In this document: positions 36,088 to 51,566 of the stretch, in pieces
How positions within the stretch are numbered: the stretch's first letter is position 1
Layout of the letters: every line of letters begins with the position of its first letter
Position numbers and translations under genes: made by a program
Assembly (NCBI RefSeq): GCF_000002075.1
Contig: NW_004797808.1
Span: 384,102-448,101, forward strand
Length of the DNA: 64,000 bases
Reading direction: 5' to 3'
Origin: Aplysia californica
Taxonomy: Eukaryota
Notes under the pieces: generated by a model
Seen by the model: the letters and a program-made list of their open reading frames with translations, nothing else
Told to the model about the DNA's origin: nothing
Database searches by the model: none

Positions 36088-39000
36088 ATGAGCGTCTGTG
36101 ATGAAACTGAGGCGTGGGCCCAGTTGGTGTCAACCACGGACATTGACTCCTCACCGATCCCCGTTGTTAAGGACACATTTGTGGTTGGTAGAAGTTCAGG
36201 TATGTCTTCATGATGCAGTCTCTGAAATTGATTTTTATTTATACTCTACTATTACTACTATTAGTGCTATTGACTCCAAAACCTTCTTTATGTTTTGCAT
36301 GTTTATATCAAAGTTACCTGCCTTTTAGGAATATATTAAGTTTGAGGAAAAATTTAAAATTTTGCTTGAGTACTGTCTCACTGCATTTTTAGTGGCTCAA
36401 GATTGTGTATAATATTTTAATATACCTGTTACATTCACTGTATGTTTGTTTGAATTTCTAATTTTGAAGAATAGAGATATTTTATTCAAGTTCTCATTAC
36501 TTTTGTGGTATCAATTCAAGCCTGAGCATGTTGTAGGATAAAATTTGTCTTCGCTAAATTGTTAAAGCCTCTTTTTTATGTTGAGATATCTACCAAAACG
36601 ATTGTGTCACGACACGGTGGAAACAGGCTCTCGTCAATTTTTGGGCTTGTCGAGTTATTGGTATCATCTTAAAGCTTCTTGTTCAGTTGTCTTGCTATCG
36701 GTGAAGAAAATGCCCCTCTCTCTAGAATAAAAATCAAAGTAATTGAGATTGAAGAAGGTGGTCGCCTAGTTTCAAAAGTATGATCAGGGAGAAAATGGCC
36801 GCCACAGATTGGTTATTTCCATAGCTTGATAGTCAGTGGAAACTTAAAACTTACATATTTTGTGCCTTTAATCAAAGTTTTTCTGTAAAAATCCACCCAG
36901 AAATGTGTTCTTAATTGGACAACAATAGTGTTAAGTCAAAAAACAAAAATTAGATGTATAAATTGCCAAACTGACAGAAAAATGCTAGTATCTTGACTTT
37001 CATTATTTTGTCAAGTGCCTGGTTTCTCCATGCTGCATCACAATTATTATCTGTGCAATTTTCACGCATTAGTTATGGGCCATATGTGAAGAAAACCTCA
37101 CTTTTAAAAGATAAGATACATATTTTAATGTATTTGACCTTTTCCTCATTAAAGGGAGAATATGAAAATTGTATCTATTACCATTTTTCAGATTGCGATT
37201 TACCTTTTGTTGGCAACAAGCTTGTATCTGGGAAGCATTGTTATCTGGAGAGAGACAAGGATGGACAAGTTTGGCTTTATGACACAAGGTGAAAGATCAG
37301 TTTTGTGGCCATCCACACTCAAAGATCTCCTCTTCATTGTAGGATGGAAATAGTCAGATTCAGTAAGATAATAGGACAGTAAATTCCAGCTCAACAGCAA
37401 GCTCTATGCACATTTTTTACAATCTTATATTATTTGGAATTATTACCCCAGCATACTTAACAGCATTCTGAAACAATCTCAACTTCCCGGGAAGTACACA
37501 GTGCAAGCTGCTATTTTACTGGGGCTAAAACACTATCATGCTGACATTCTAGCAAGATTAAGATAAATGAAGGAAGAGTGAATTCATTGACAGTGCCTGT
37601 TTTAAAAAAATATTAAAAACAGAGACTCATAATAATCTATGCAGAGTTTTGTTGTATTCTATGGTTTGTCGAAATTTGTTTTGTGCTGTATAATCATGGA
37701 CCTGCTTTAGTACAGTTTATGTTCAGTTTGAGAAAAATGTAGAAAGAGAATAGAAAGTGGTTTTATTTTCCTGCTAGATCTGTTTCTGTTGAAAACTGCT
37801 GGACATTTTATTGTATGTATACAAAGCCTATAGCAAAATCTGTTATCACGTGTTCATTATATCCAAGTTTATCCAACCTCAGTGTTTAAAGTCTGTATGT
37901 TCTGATGGAATTCTGTGAAAATTTGCAAATTCTGTTCTTGAGTGTTGCTGAAGATAATGAAAAGGAAAGATGTAGTTTTCTTTTTTTGGAATAAAGCATT
38001 TTCTTTTTGTTGCAAATATGATAAAATGATGCCAGGATGTTTGGTTACGATTCTTCTGTCTTTGTCCCTGAACCCACAGCACAAATGGAACTCTCCTGAA
38101 TATGAACATCAAACTTATCAAAGGAGAGGTGAGTTATTGGGGATTGCATTCTGTTTTTGATTGTTTGACGAGTAAAGTGTTTGAAGGACCACATAACATT
38201 ACGCCTTTTATAATGCTAATTCTGTCCTACTAAATCGGATCAACTGGGTTCAGTTACAGTTTCTGACAATATAATGTAAAGGAACTGCCTTCGTAAGATA
38301 AAAAAAACACCCAACCCATTAATGTTGGTCTAGTATTTCATTTGAAAAAAGGAGTCTTGTACTATTGCTCAGAGCTGTGAGAGAAATCATCTCCAATAAC
38401 TAACTTCTTTGTTTGTTTCAGTTTCAATAGTGGGAAGTATTGAAGCTTTTGATGTGACCTATCATACTTTCAAAATTTATGTAATTGTTTTATGCTCTTA
38501 AAAGAAGCCACGGTATACTTAGAGAAGTATTTCAAGTACTGCTTTGAGTTCATTTAGTTTGTACAGTGAAAAATGATAATTCTTTGATTATGCTTTTAGG
38601 AGCCTGCAATTAAATTAATCTGTGTTATTACACATTAAATTATAGTTGACTGATTTAATATTTTAGCAGACAGTTATGTATCAGTACTGTGTGAATGCTG
38701 GATTTTAAAAAAGTGCAAATGCTATAACAAGATTTTGCATAATTTTACAGTGTCGGGAACTCAAACATGGAGATGAGTTTCACATTGTTCACAAGAAGAA
38801 CAGTCCAGAGGATGGTGAGAACAAACCCTATGCATGTGTTTGCTTATGTTGGTGGCTCAGTGAGTGTGTGATTTTTGAAAACATGGGTTCACTTTTGAAT
38901 ACTTGTATTTCATATTTTTGTCACTCTTTGTTAATGTATATATATATATTCCTCCTGTGAACTTTGACTGTTTGTCTTCTTCTTCTAGTTCATCTTTAAA

Positions 39001-39402
39001 TGGACATCCCAGTCTCTAGTGCGAAGGCTTCTGTTCATTTCAGGTCCTTGAGACTCCTGTAGAGTTCTGGGGCTCCTTGCATAGGGTTGGGCTGTTTTTT
39101 AACCTCTTCGCTGCCGCACTCGTAGAATTTAAGAGCCTGGACCGTGTAGCGCTGTGCCTATGGCCCATAGAATTTATGGGACTGTGACAGAGGTTGTTTT
39201 GATTCCAATTATTAGGGAACTTACTGCTAAAATCTTGTAATTATTATTTAGAAACCTTCCCTTTTTGTTTGCCTCCATTTTACCCCCATTTGAAAGCGTC
39301 TGATTCAGATTTTAGCTTGAAGAGAAGATTAAATCTAGATCTAAATATTATAAACATCTACTGCACAAGAATGATTTACTGGCATTAAACAGAGATAAGC
39401 TT

Positions 39403-39464
<62 letters not shown>

Positions 39465-42400
39465 ATTGTACGAGTGTTGTATAAAATAGGAAAAGCCTCT
39501 TGTCACTTCTTCTTTTCCTGCAAACACTCTCACAACACATATTCCCCCTTTTTTTGGTATCAGTTTATCATTATTCGGGGCCTATTTTACATGTGACATT
39601 GAAAGAGTTAAATGACAATTTTTGTTTACCGGTACCTTGTGAAAATTTTACAAATGCAGTGAAGAAAATAAAATGAGTGTACATAAACAAAAAATGTTTG
39701 TGCTTATCTACTCTTTCCTAAACAGAACATAGCACACGTTAAAATGTGTTTCTTTTGCCAGACATTGGCTACATATTTCAAGATATAGAAGCCTTGAGGG
39801 CCGAGACCAGTTCTGACCTTGAGGAGGAATCGACACAAGAGTACACCCAACCCATTGCAGATGCTGATTCTACGATAGTTGGTATGACTCCAAATCTGTA
39901 ATTTTCCTTTATTTGCCTTATAAACCTTTGGTTTTTAGAGGAAATACATCAAGCCTATCAAAGAGTATCATTGTTTGGGTGACACAAGTTTACCATAGTC
40001 ATGTTATGTTTATAATTGCAAATGTATAAATCGATTAACTTGAGTTAAGATGTAAATGTTGATATTTTAAACATTTCACTTATTCTGAGTATGCTTTTAC
40101 AATTATCAAAAAAAAGAAGTCAAAGATTTGGAGAAAAATCACAATGGACACGTCAAAGACAATATGTGTTGCGTTTTGGTGAAATCAGGCATTCATTAAA
40201 AATAATGAAATTGAAGAAATAGGCATTTTTGCACCTGTTGAGCAATTTTTATTGAATTTTTCTTGGTGGTTTTTGTTGTTGTTGTTTTTTTGGCTCAAAC
40301 CTTTTATGTCTATTTAGGAACAAATTCCTATGTGGATTTTACTTTCAAAAGTTTATCAAAAGCACAAAAAATATAAATTTGCCTTTTCCAAGGACACTCA
40401 AGCTTTGGAAGTTACGAAAATTTGGCAGCCATTTTCTCCCAATTTTACTTCTTACATTAGGCAACCCTCCACATTCTTCAATTGCAAATATCTCAACATT
40501 TATTCAAGATAAGATACCAATATGCCCAAAGATTGACGAGCGCCTGATTCCACTGTTTTGTGTCACATAAAATCATTTTGAGAAAAATAAAAATTGTTGC
40601 TATCATTTATTACAAATCTTATACTCTTTAATTTTGTTGTTGTAGATGATGATATCAATGAGGTATCGACTTCAAGCCCTCCAACCCAGAAGCGAGTGAG
40701 TATCCATTGTGCGTTTACTGATAGAAATGAGTCTCTTAATTGTTAATAGGAATAGGAATTATAATTATTTCCTTTTTTATGACTACATTTAGCTTCTTGT
40801 GGTGAACTCTTGAGGTGCAGTTAATAAGGATTGGGATAAAAAGCAGGTCAGTGAAGAAGTACAAAAGCACAGAGGCTGGAAATATGCAAGACCGATCTAT
40901 ATCAGGGTTTGCTTCTCTGAGATGTTACAGATGTCACTGAATTAATTATTATTATTATACTGGTAGGCTCCTTTTTTCTGTACTGGCCACTTGCAAATAT
41001 GACACCTATTGTAATTTTTTCTTAACAAAACTTTATTAAGTGCTGTGAGTATATCCTCTGCTTTCTGGCATCTGTGGTGTAGTGGTTAGGTGTTTCGCTT
41101 TTGCAAGCAGTAGACATGAGTTCAATTCCCTTATGGGAAGAATATTGATTGAGTATATATCCTCCTTCCTGCTGGGATATTTTATCCCTCTCAGCTCTGG
41201 TTGGCAATGTCAGGCAGGGGAAAAGCAGCCTGCCTCCAAAATGATTGAAATGGTGTTGATAGACCTATTAAACATCTACAATCAATCTGTCTCTGCCTCA
41301 CACTATGAAAGTATTTTCAAGCAGGCATAACTCATCAGATTTTGGGTTAGGGATTTGAAGTTCGTTGGTAGCCAAAGGAAAAAAAAGGTAAATGACCTCT
41401 TTAAGCTCTCATCACCAAATTAAGCCATCTGAAAACTCTCTAGTGAAAAATGTCTGGAATTGAATGCCCTCTAGAACAATGCATACACTCACAAAAGGGC
41501 CATGTACCAGCAGTTTAAGATTTATAATTGATCTTGAGTTTTGGGGTCAGTGAAATTTTCTCCACAGATTTTTGGCAGGCTTTGCTGGAATCTTGGAAGA
41601 AACAACTTTGGCAATTGCTGGAAGTGAAATAAGAAATAGGTTCTGAATACCGAGACTGAAATTGGATGAATAAAAGTGAACCACTGTAACAAATGCTTCC
41701 CTTGTTCTTTACAGAAAAGTGATGACAGCAGCCCTCATGTAACTAACAAGAAAATGCGTTCACAGACATGTGAAGACCCATCTCCAGGTTTGAATAAAAA
41801 TTGTTTTTGGGGTTGTTTTTTTTGTTGTTGTTGTTGTTGTTGTTGTTGGTCATTATCTTAAAGAAAGAGTCATCAGTGGTATTGTTGTTTATAGTTGTAA
41901 ATGTTTTAAGCCCATTTTGAGACAGTAGCTTGATCATTTCAAAGGCTGTTGTCTCATATACTTCTTTAAAGTTAGTGAATTTGGAAAAAAAGCTATATAT
42001 ATATCTTTTTACATTAAATTGTTCCCTCATTTTATTTTGGTCTGTAGATACTTCTGGCACATGTCTAAGGCATGTTTTCCAGCTTTCCAAACATGGCAAG
42101 TCTTGTTTAGAAGTCAGTCTTCTTACTTTACTCCCTTTTAATCTTTTTCTTGTTGGTTAGACATCAACTATGCAATTCAAAGGAATAAGTGCATCTCATT
42201 AATTTTTTTCATTGTTATTTAAAGTGTTACAGTTCAAGTTAAAGGGTGTTTTTTGGAAACAGAGGTAATGGTTTTGTGTTCGTTTGTTGATTTTTCAGAA
42301 AAGGCAGCAGCAGAAGAACCTCTGAAAAATGAAAAGAAAGATGCAAAAGAAACTTCAAATGACAGCCAGTTTGGTGTTGGGACTGCGAAAACCGCAGAAG

Positions 42401-45400
42401 TCTCTTCCACTTCCTCTGGTTTGTTGTATACTTAATTTGGTTCTGGATTTATAAGTAATTAATCCATTAACAGCACGGAATTCAATGTTATTATTTTTTT
42501 AAATGGAAAGAGAGAGTATATTTTGTATATAGTGTATGGGGCAAGTTTGAAGACAGTCACAGAGAAATTTCTCAAAATTCTTTTAAGGTGCCTTTTCAGC
42601 CAACTGTAATGAATTCAATTGTGAAGATGGACCTGCGACTTAATTTTCTGAGGGGTTTTTGGTTTTTAAGAAAATTCCTAACAGGAAGGGTTAAATAATG
42701 CTCTCCAGTGATCTTTATTTTTTCCTGGTGATAATAATGACTGTTTAATTTTGTAAAAAGAATGTTTGTGTTTTAATGCTCCCATTGACACAAGTTAGAT
42801 CATTCAGGGGGTGATCTTCGACCCTGCCTATTGGGGCCAACAAAGGCTGAGAGGGATACAAGGTCCCAACAGAAAGACAGAGATACTTGATAAAAATTTT
42901 CCTCACATGGGTGTTGAACTCAAGTTTTCTACATGCAAATGTGATGTGTCTAACCGCTTCACCACAGACGGCAGAAATAATAACTGTGAAGGCTAATGCT
43001 TAATCTGAAAGTCAAGGGGAAGTGCTGAAAGAAATTCGTAATATGAAGGAAAAACTCCAAATAAGTTGGGGTTGTTTTTCTTTTAGGGAAAAAAATAGCC
43101 ATGCTAATTTCAGTTTGAATTTACAGGGAGGAAAAGAAGCTCAAGTTTTACCAGATTTTTTTCTTTCTCTCCAGTACCAGAAGGCAAATCTGGAGTTCCC
43201 CAGGAACCAGAGTCAGATGCGATTGCGGAGAGCCTGATCTGTATCATTTGCCAGGAGCTCTTTCATGACTGCATCAGGTCTGAGCACGGGAACTGCCCTG
43301 ATGGTTTAAAAAAAATAAAAACTATAAGCTTGGTCTCCTTTTACTAAATATATGAGAGTATCATTTTTTTACCAAACTTGGAAACTAGTATTTTGAGCAT
43401 TTCTTTCTGAAACTTTGTCTATACCACCCTTAAAATATTTTCAGGAAGAATTTTCTATGTTAAAAGAAATTCTGAGTGTGCTTATTTGAACATTTACTTT
43501 GTGTCAGCGTTTGAACTTAAGCCCAGTTGTAGTATTTGAACATTTGCTCAAAGTCAGGATTTGAACTTTAGCTCAGTGTGAGTATTAGAGTCTAGAGCAT
43601 TTGTTCAGTGTTAGGAATTGAATGTCGACTCAGTGTAGGTATTGGTGATTTTGCTCAGTGTTTGTAATTGAACATTTACGCAGTCGCCAAATTGAACATT
43701 TGCTTGGTGTCAGTATTTAAACATTGTTTCCCTGCCACTGATTCCTGTTTTGCTGTGTGTTCAGTTTGCAGCCGTGCATGCATTCCTACTGTTCTGGCTG
43801 CTACTCAGAGTGGATGGAGAGGTCAAATGAGTGCCCATCAGTAAGTCTTGATTTTCATTTGCTAATAAAGTGGAGTCCGCTTAAACTGAAATCTGCAGGG
43901 CGCGGGACTGCTGTTTTCGATTAACCTAAGATCAGTTTAAGCGGATTCCACTGTGTTTAGAAAATGGACTGTTCATGGCTATGAAGAATCATTTGGAAAT
44001 GTAAGAGATGTGAAATAAAGAATGAACATGAAAAAAACCCATTATTTTATGTAGAATGTAACTCAGGCTCCACAGGGAATCGCAAAATGTGTTTTGCTTG
44101 ACCAGCGCTTTATGACTGTGAGCAGTATTTCATGGCTCCACAAATTCTTAATTACTTTCTTTCCAGAGTCAATTGACTCACAAAAAACACAATATATTTT
44201 AGCTCCAATTGCTTAAAAAAAAAAAAAAAAGTCAAATAAGAAATTACTTTTTCTTCATTTTAAAGTATAACATATTATAAGCTTCCTTTTTTTCTTTTTG
44301 TATTGTCTAATAAGAAAATATTTTTTCAACATTTTGACATATATTTCAGGCTTTGTAAAAGGTTAGGAAGAAATAATATTTTATATAATTACTATGTGAC
44401 AGGAGAAATATCACAAAAATAGTTTGGTCACAATGAGAATATGGTGTGGGAGGGAAAGAGTTAATATATCTCTGCTGTTTACCTTAAACGAGTCCAAAGA
44501 GGGAAATAAGATAAAAAATCAGATCATGACATTATGTCAATGTTAATAAGATGATTGCTTTTATGTCAAATATGACAAAAAATGTCCATTTTTGAAAAGT
44601 TACGAGATGTTTTAAATGGTAATTGTTTTCTGAATAAATATCTGAATCAGAGACCGAAGCAGTTGCACACTCAGTCAGTATACGCTCAAGATGAGAACAT
44701 CTGTTTGATATTGTAATGATGACAGTAGACAAAATCTTTATTTTAATTAAAACCTAGTTGTACTCAAATGAGAATTTTAAAGGTTGTTTTTACTTACATA
44801 TTAAGATAGAGAACTCTTAAGAATTAGTGTTTTAATGTGATTCCATTGGTGTACTGTGTTCTTCAGCTGTATTCTACGATTTCAGTAGGTTTTCCAGCCA
44901 AAAGTTAAATTTGCTTTAGAGAAGATAAAAGTTGGAGTTTTTGTGAGCTCTTGGTGTGAGATCACTGTTAAAAAATTATAAATTTTTTTTTCAATTTCTC
45001 TTGTCAAGTGTCGCTTGAAAGTCGATCGCATCAACAAAAACCATATTGTGAACAACTTGGTGGAAGCTTACCTCAAGGACAAGCCTGGTGAGAGCTTTGA
45101 TAAAATGTCACCCATTGACTGTGTTCGACTCTTGGAAGAAATAGATCACAAATTTTCTTTTTGTGTGTAGTTTGGTTTTGTATCAGAGGGGTGTCGGAGG
45201 TGGAGGTCTTGTTTTAAAGAGACAATCGTTAAAAAGTTGAATTATTGCTAGCTTTTAAGTCTCTAAGCGTTTTAGTGAACTTGATATCTTGGGTTCATAA
45301 CATTATTGAAATGATCGTGTTAATCCTTTTCTCAACTGAAGCTGCCCTCAGTGTAAGGAATGGGAGTGTTGCATAAAGAAGTCCTTACTTGGTTCTCTGC

Positions 45401-48400
45401 TCCTATGGATGGAGATGAGTAATTGAAAGTGTACCAGGCCCCTTGATTTTTAAGCTTATGCCCACCTATGAATTTCAGTTAATCATTGTAGGGGTCGAAG
45501 AACCCTCGGGCCTTAGGTCAATTGGTGGTGTGTGCACTTAAATGTTATTCAAGCGGGAGTACTTTGGCTCTGAGACTGATTCTTTTGAAAGTTTACATCT
45601 AAGTGGCGAGATATCGAAAGGAAGAAAGAAAGAATGAAAGCTTTTATAATGTTTCAACTCAAAATGTATTAGTGTTTGTGACCTTTCCAGAGCTTTACAC
45701 CTCTTCCTGCTGGTAGGATGCCCCTCGTGCACCACAATATCTCTCCTGTAAGACTGACAACTTTTCTCTATACTATGATGGATGGTTGCAAATGGTTTAC
45801 ACCCCCAATGACACAGATTAGATCATCTAGGAGGCAGGTTCCTTGAACTCTACTTGTCAGAGCCAAACTTTGGTGAGTGGTACTCAGGGCCCGGGCAGGA
45901 AGACAAAATACAGGATAAAATGGGACCCCCCCCAATGCAGAAATCAAACTTACTTCTCTGCATACAAGGTGTAGAACCCAAGTATTACATCTCAGACACC
46001 AGCCCTTTCATTGTGATGAATGTTATTAATGGTGCTGAGAAAAATGTACCCATACTGAGGCTCAAGTGTTTTGTTGATTCTCTCCATGCCAGAGAAACGC
46101 AGGTCCCAAGCAGATTTAGATGAACTGGATGCAAAGAATAAAATCACCAGAGATATGGTAAGACGATTGCACGGCAACCTTAGTTCTTTTAAATCCATTA
46201 ATTCTTCAACAACGTTAGCTAAATTTAATCTGTGATTTTTTCACTTGTTTCCACTTCCAGGACTGCTCGGAAATGATAAAATTGGTAGAGACTTGAGTCT
46301 ATGATACAAAAAGAAGCAAAAATGAGATGAAAGTGGTAAAACAGAAAATTGTTGAAGAACCTCATGAATAAATTTTTGATATATCGTCGCCTCAGAACAA
46401 TTTTGTCCAAAGTGTACTAAAGTAAATAGGCGCTTTGAACAACATAGTTCGGAGATGACGATATATATATAATTCTTTGAAAAAGCCAAACCGCGGAATT
46501 TATGAAGCTATTTTATACTGGATTTTCTAAATGGAAAAAAAAGATGATAATTGTATTAAGTGCATGTTTTACTGCAGTTGAGTGTAATATCAATGTAAGG
46601 CAAATTGCCATTGTGTTGAACCCGTTTACCAGTGTCTGTGGTGTAGAGGTTTGGGGCTTTGCTGTTTCAGGCAGGAGACCTGAGTTCTGTTCTCTCAGCC
46701 GTGGTTGGCCTCGACATGCACGGGTTGAAGCCAGCCTCCTCATCATTGCCTTTCTCACCCTGCACCAGGGTATAGGCCACGGGCAAACACCTTCCACCTT
46801 TCTATGATCTAAATTGTGTTAATGATAATGGGGGGTGTAAAAACACTTACAATCTATAGGAAAAAAATGAAGACTTGTTTGAGTGTACAGCACTTGATTA
46901 ATTTCTCCCCCACCCCTCCTCCACTTCCCTCCCTCTCCTCCCTCTCCCCCACCCCTCCTCCCCTTCCCTCCCTCTCCTCCCTNNNNNNNNNNNNNNNNNN
47001 NNNNNNNNNNNNNNNNNNNNNNNNNNNNNNNNNNNNNNNNNNNNNNNNNNNNNNNNNNNNNNNNNNNNNNNNNNNNNNNNNNNNNNNNNNNNNNNNNNNN
47101 NNNNNNNNNNNNNNNNNNNNNNNNNNNNNNNNNNNNNNNNNNNNNNNNNNNNNNNNNNNNNNNNNNNNNNNNNNNNNNNNNNNNNNNNNNNNNNNNNNNN
47201 NNNNNNNNNNNNNNNNNNNNNNNNNNNNNNNNNNNNNNNNNNNNNNNNNNNNNNNNNNNNNNNNNNNNNNNNNNNNNNNNNNNNNNNNNNNNNNNNNNNN
47301 NNNNNNNNNNNNNNNNNNNNNNNNNNNNNNNNNNNNNNNNNNNNNNNNNNNNNNNNNNNNNNNNNNNNNNNNNNNNNNNNNNNNNNNNNNNNNNNNNNNN
47401 NNNCTCCCCTTCCCTCCCTCTCCTCCCTCTCCCCCGCCTCTCCTCCCCTTCCCTCCCTCTCCTCCCTCTCTTCCCTCTCCTCCCTCTTCCCCCCTCCCCT
47501 TCCCCCACCTCAGTTATATCCTGTGAAGAATCCTCGAGGTTGTGACTCAGAAGACAGTAGTGAGGATTATGATGATGAAGAAAATGAAGATAGAGATTAT
47601 GAGGAAGAGGACTCATCAGATGAGCCTGTGCCTGCCCCAGTGGGCAACATGCTCTTTGGTATCGGGACACCGATATTCGGGGCCACACAAATAAGGTCAG
47701 TTTTTGGGGTTTGAGTTTCCTTCCTTACAGATCCCCATGTGGAAATTTTGCTTACAATGGCAGACATACATCTGTACTTGCTTATAAACATAGATAATTA
47801 ACTCTTTGAACCCCATCGGACGCTGGGAGCATCCAGTACTAGTGACAACTGTTTCGTTTTATTTAGTGCTAGATTTTGCTTGTTTTTCGGAGCTATTCCC
47901 AAACCAAGTTTTTTAGTAATGACTAAGCTTTTGTTTACGCTATTTAGAAGTTGGAGGCAAGCTTTTGGAGTTATAATGACATAGTGCACTAGGTTTGGGT
48001 GACTGTAGAAAAAAACCCTCTGGGAAACGTTGGAAAAGTTCAAGGCTTAAAGAGTTAATACAGGGTTTGAGTTTCCTTTTCTTTCATCTTTGCGTTCCCC
48101 TGCTAGACCGCAGGAGTTGCAGACCGCTGGTTCTTCTTCATGTAGTGCAACTGATTTTTATGTATGTAACTATTTTTCCTACTTGTAGTGCCCTTGCTTT
48201 CAACTTTAAAGGAGCCACTTTCTAATTTCGAAGGTAGTCTCTATTTTCCTTCCGTGGTGTTGCAGCTGATTTAGTTGGCTGTAATCTGAGTCACTATTTC
48301 GGTTCATTTATCCCGTTTTTTTGTATGAACTCTAAATATTTCAATTCCTTCTTAACTGATCGTTACTTCCTATGTATAGATCTAGACCTATTGCGTTTAC

Positions 48401-51400
48401 TGGTTTGGTTTGCCTTTCTCAACATAATATGGTGAAATCACATAATTTCCCTGACTCCACAGGCTACTTGTTAGCTACCCTTGGAGGGTTAATTGTAGCA
48501 TTGTGGTTGGTTGGTGGGTGCTCTGGTGTGGTCTGCTCCTTCTTTTCTACTGAACATCTATCATCCTTATCTCTTCTCTTTCTTCTTTATGATTTGTGAC
48601 TCTCCTGTAACACTCTAATCTTCAGAACTTATGTAACCTTAATATGTTGCATGTGCTGTAAAACTCTCTCTGTGGGTGGTTGGCGGGTGCTCTGGTGTGA
48701 TTTGCTCTTTCTTTCCTTTCAAACATCTATTGTCCTTATCTCTCTTTCTTCTTTATGATTGTTTCTCTGCTGTAACAGGTCTAATCTTCAGCACTTATAT
48801 GACTTTATTGTGTTGCAAGTGCTGTAAAACTCTTTCTATATAACTTAACTTATTGTAGCATGTTTCATAATGTAAACTCCACTGTGTTTGCTGACAGACC
48901 TACTACGGTGTGTCGACAGTGTCCGAACTTCCGTGAGACGAACCCGTCTGGGGGAACGGGTATCCTGGCTGGCGTCCAGCAAGGTTGGTGACATGAACGT
49001 TTGAATTTCTCTCTCTCTCTCTTCTGGCGCTGTGGCTTCATAAACGGTCAGCGATGCCGACAGCACGCAGGAACTCAACACTCGCCCGGGGGTCCTCAAA
49101 AAGTGCTGAAAGTGGGTTACTGAAATGTCCCAGCAGACGACGTTTGAATTTGGAACGGAGTGGACAGAAACTTGATTTTTTTTTACAAAAGTAGACAAAT
49201 TAGGTTTTTAGTAAAAATATGGGCGGTTTAATAACCCTCTCAACAATATTAGGTTATTAAATTAAGAAGTGGGACCTCCTAATTTAATGTTCGTCTCCGA
49301 TAGGACTGAAAATTAAGTTTCTGTTCTGTATTTAAGGACAATTGAAAAACGAAACAAGTAAGATTGGTTTTGTTGTGTATAGATCTGGAATTCGTTCTCA
49401 CTTGTGTTGACTGAGGAGAGTGTTACCATTCCCGTAAAACTATGAAAAAATTTCCCACGAGAACACTAAAGTCTTATCTTATCTCATCTCATCTCATCTC
49501 ATCTCACCTATCTTATCTTACCGTACCTTATCTTGTCTTGTCTTGTCTTGTTTTATCTTATATTATCTTGTCTATATTTCATTTGTTTCAGTTTTCACGA
49601 CAATCAAGAATGCTGTCACAGGAGGTGGTGGGGATGGTGCCGGCCCCTCTACGGCCACCGACACTGGCCCGCCCGCTGCAGGTGAACGTCAGCTTTTCTT
49701 AGCTCTCTGCTTTCTTTCATCGTTCCTATCTAAGATGGACGTTGATTTTATGAGGTCCTGTCTGTTTCATAACAGTACAGTGTTGAAATGAGCGTTAAAC
49801 TCATACGGTTACCGGTACCATTTACTATAGACTCTTACTTATACTGAAATCCGTGAGACCACCGGATTTTCATTGGTTCAAGCATGTTTAGAGAGATTGC
49901 TCAAATAGTGAAGCAAATAGTAGGGGATTCTATTTTATTTAGGTAAATGTCTGTGTTCGGATTAACAATGCTGAGTTTAGCTCATTCGCTACGCCGGGCC
50001 GTGGGGGGCGGCGCGGCTAAGGTGCCGTCAGTACGCTAAGCCGCCCCCGGCGGCGCGAGAACCGATCTTCAATTTGAGCTTGGTTTCTATTCCAATCCAC
50101 ATATCCATGTTAAAATAAAGGTCATAATATAATGTTGACTTCCGGGTCAAGCATTTCCACTGAAAATCGGAAATTTAGATTCAATTTTGAAACGCGATTT
50201 CGTAGTTTATTCGACTTTGTTTTATCGTGATGCCAAAATTGTAGCCCGGACACCAGTTTTTGTAATTTTACGCAACAAAATCTATCATTATTTTGCCCAC
50301 TAAAGAAGTGTAGGACTCTTTTTTATAATATTGATACGATTGGACTCATATTGCCAATGCACTGTTATTGAGAAATCAATATTTTTGAGTGCTAGATCTA
50401 GGTCTAGATCTAAATAGTCAAAATATTTTTTTCTCCCCAAAATCACTACTTTTTGATGAAATTACACAAAAAATGCCACTCAAGACATGTATAGGTGTAT
50501 TCCAAATGCAATTCTCAATAATTCCATATAAGATACGAGCGGGTTTTTTTCTGTTTGTGATCGTTTTTCAAGATTATAAATTTTTTTTTTTTTTTTCAAT
50601 ATCGGATGTTATGTTCAAAATGTACAAATATTATGGAATGTAGGTAAATAAATGCAAACTTTTCAATATTTTCCAGTTCTATATTCATTTATGGTTATTT
50701 TGATGTATCATTTGACTAGGTGCAAACATATTTTTTGAGTTTCACCAAAGATTATAAATTTTTTATTTTCAAATTTTATCCGCATCCAATCAAAACTGTG
50801 TTGCATAATCGTCTCTTACAGGAACCAAAGTTGAAAAATACATAAATAAACATTACAGGTGTATTCTACAAACCATACTGAAAATATTGGTATATAATAC
50901 GTTGATATTTATTTGAATTTGTGGCCCCAAAGATCTTTTAACTGCCCACTAGTCATCATCTCTTTCGCTCTCCTGAGTTAAACCCACTCTACTGTATATT
51001 CGATATAGACTATACATTTGAAAAGTGGGAGGTTGGGGGGTGTTGTGGTTTGGTGTGCTTCTTCTTTCCTATTGAACATCTATTGTCCTTATGTATCCCC
51101 CTTCTTTTATTTGTATCTTACTATCTAGTAACACTTCTAATCTTGGACAATTTTATGACCTGTTTGTGTTGCTGGTGCTGTAAAACTTTTTCTAAATCTA
51201 AACATTTGGAAGTAAGTAAGTTAGTAAGTATAAACATTTGGAAAATATGTTGGAAAGGACATTTTTCTGTGTGACAGGTTCCTCGTCTGAGGCAGACCCC
51301 GATGCTAAAGTGATGCCGGACGCTCCCGCGTTCACGTGTGCCTTGAACCAAAACCACGTCCTGTGCCTGTGCTGTATGCTACCCATGCCGGACAGGAGGG

Positions 51401-51519
51401 CAGAGTACCTGCGTGGGGCTGACCTACCTCCACAGCAATGTATGTGTGTGTGTGTGTATGTGTATGTATGTGTGTGCGTGTGTATGTGCTTGCATGTGCA
51501 TGTGTGTACGTGTTCGTGA

Positions 51520-51566
<47 letters not shown>

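Noticed and set aside
41067-41140. tRNA gene (also 55861-55930)
   Set aside because: No complete cloverleaf or acceptor stem; continues into SINE body and tail
46816-47688. Long ORFs spanning N runs (also 51651-51992, 56570-57268)
   Set aside because: Artefacts of assembly gaps and microsatellites
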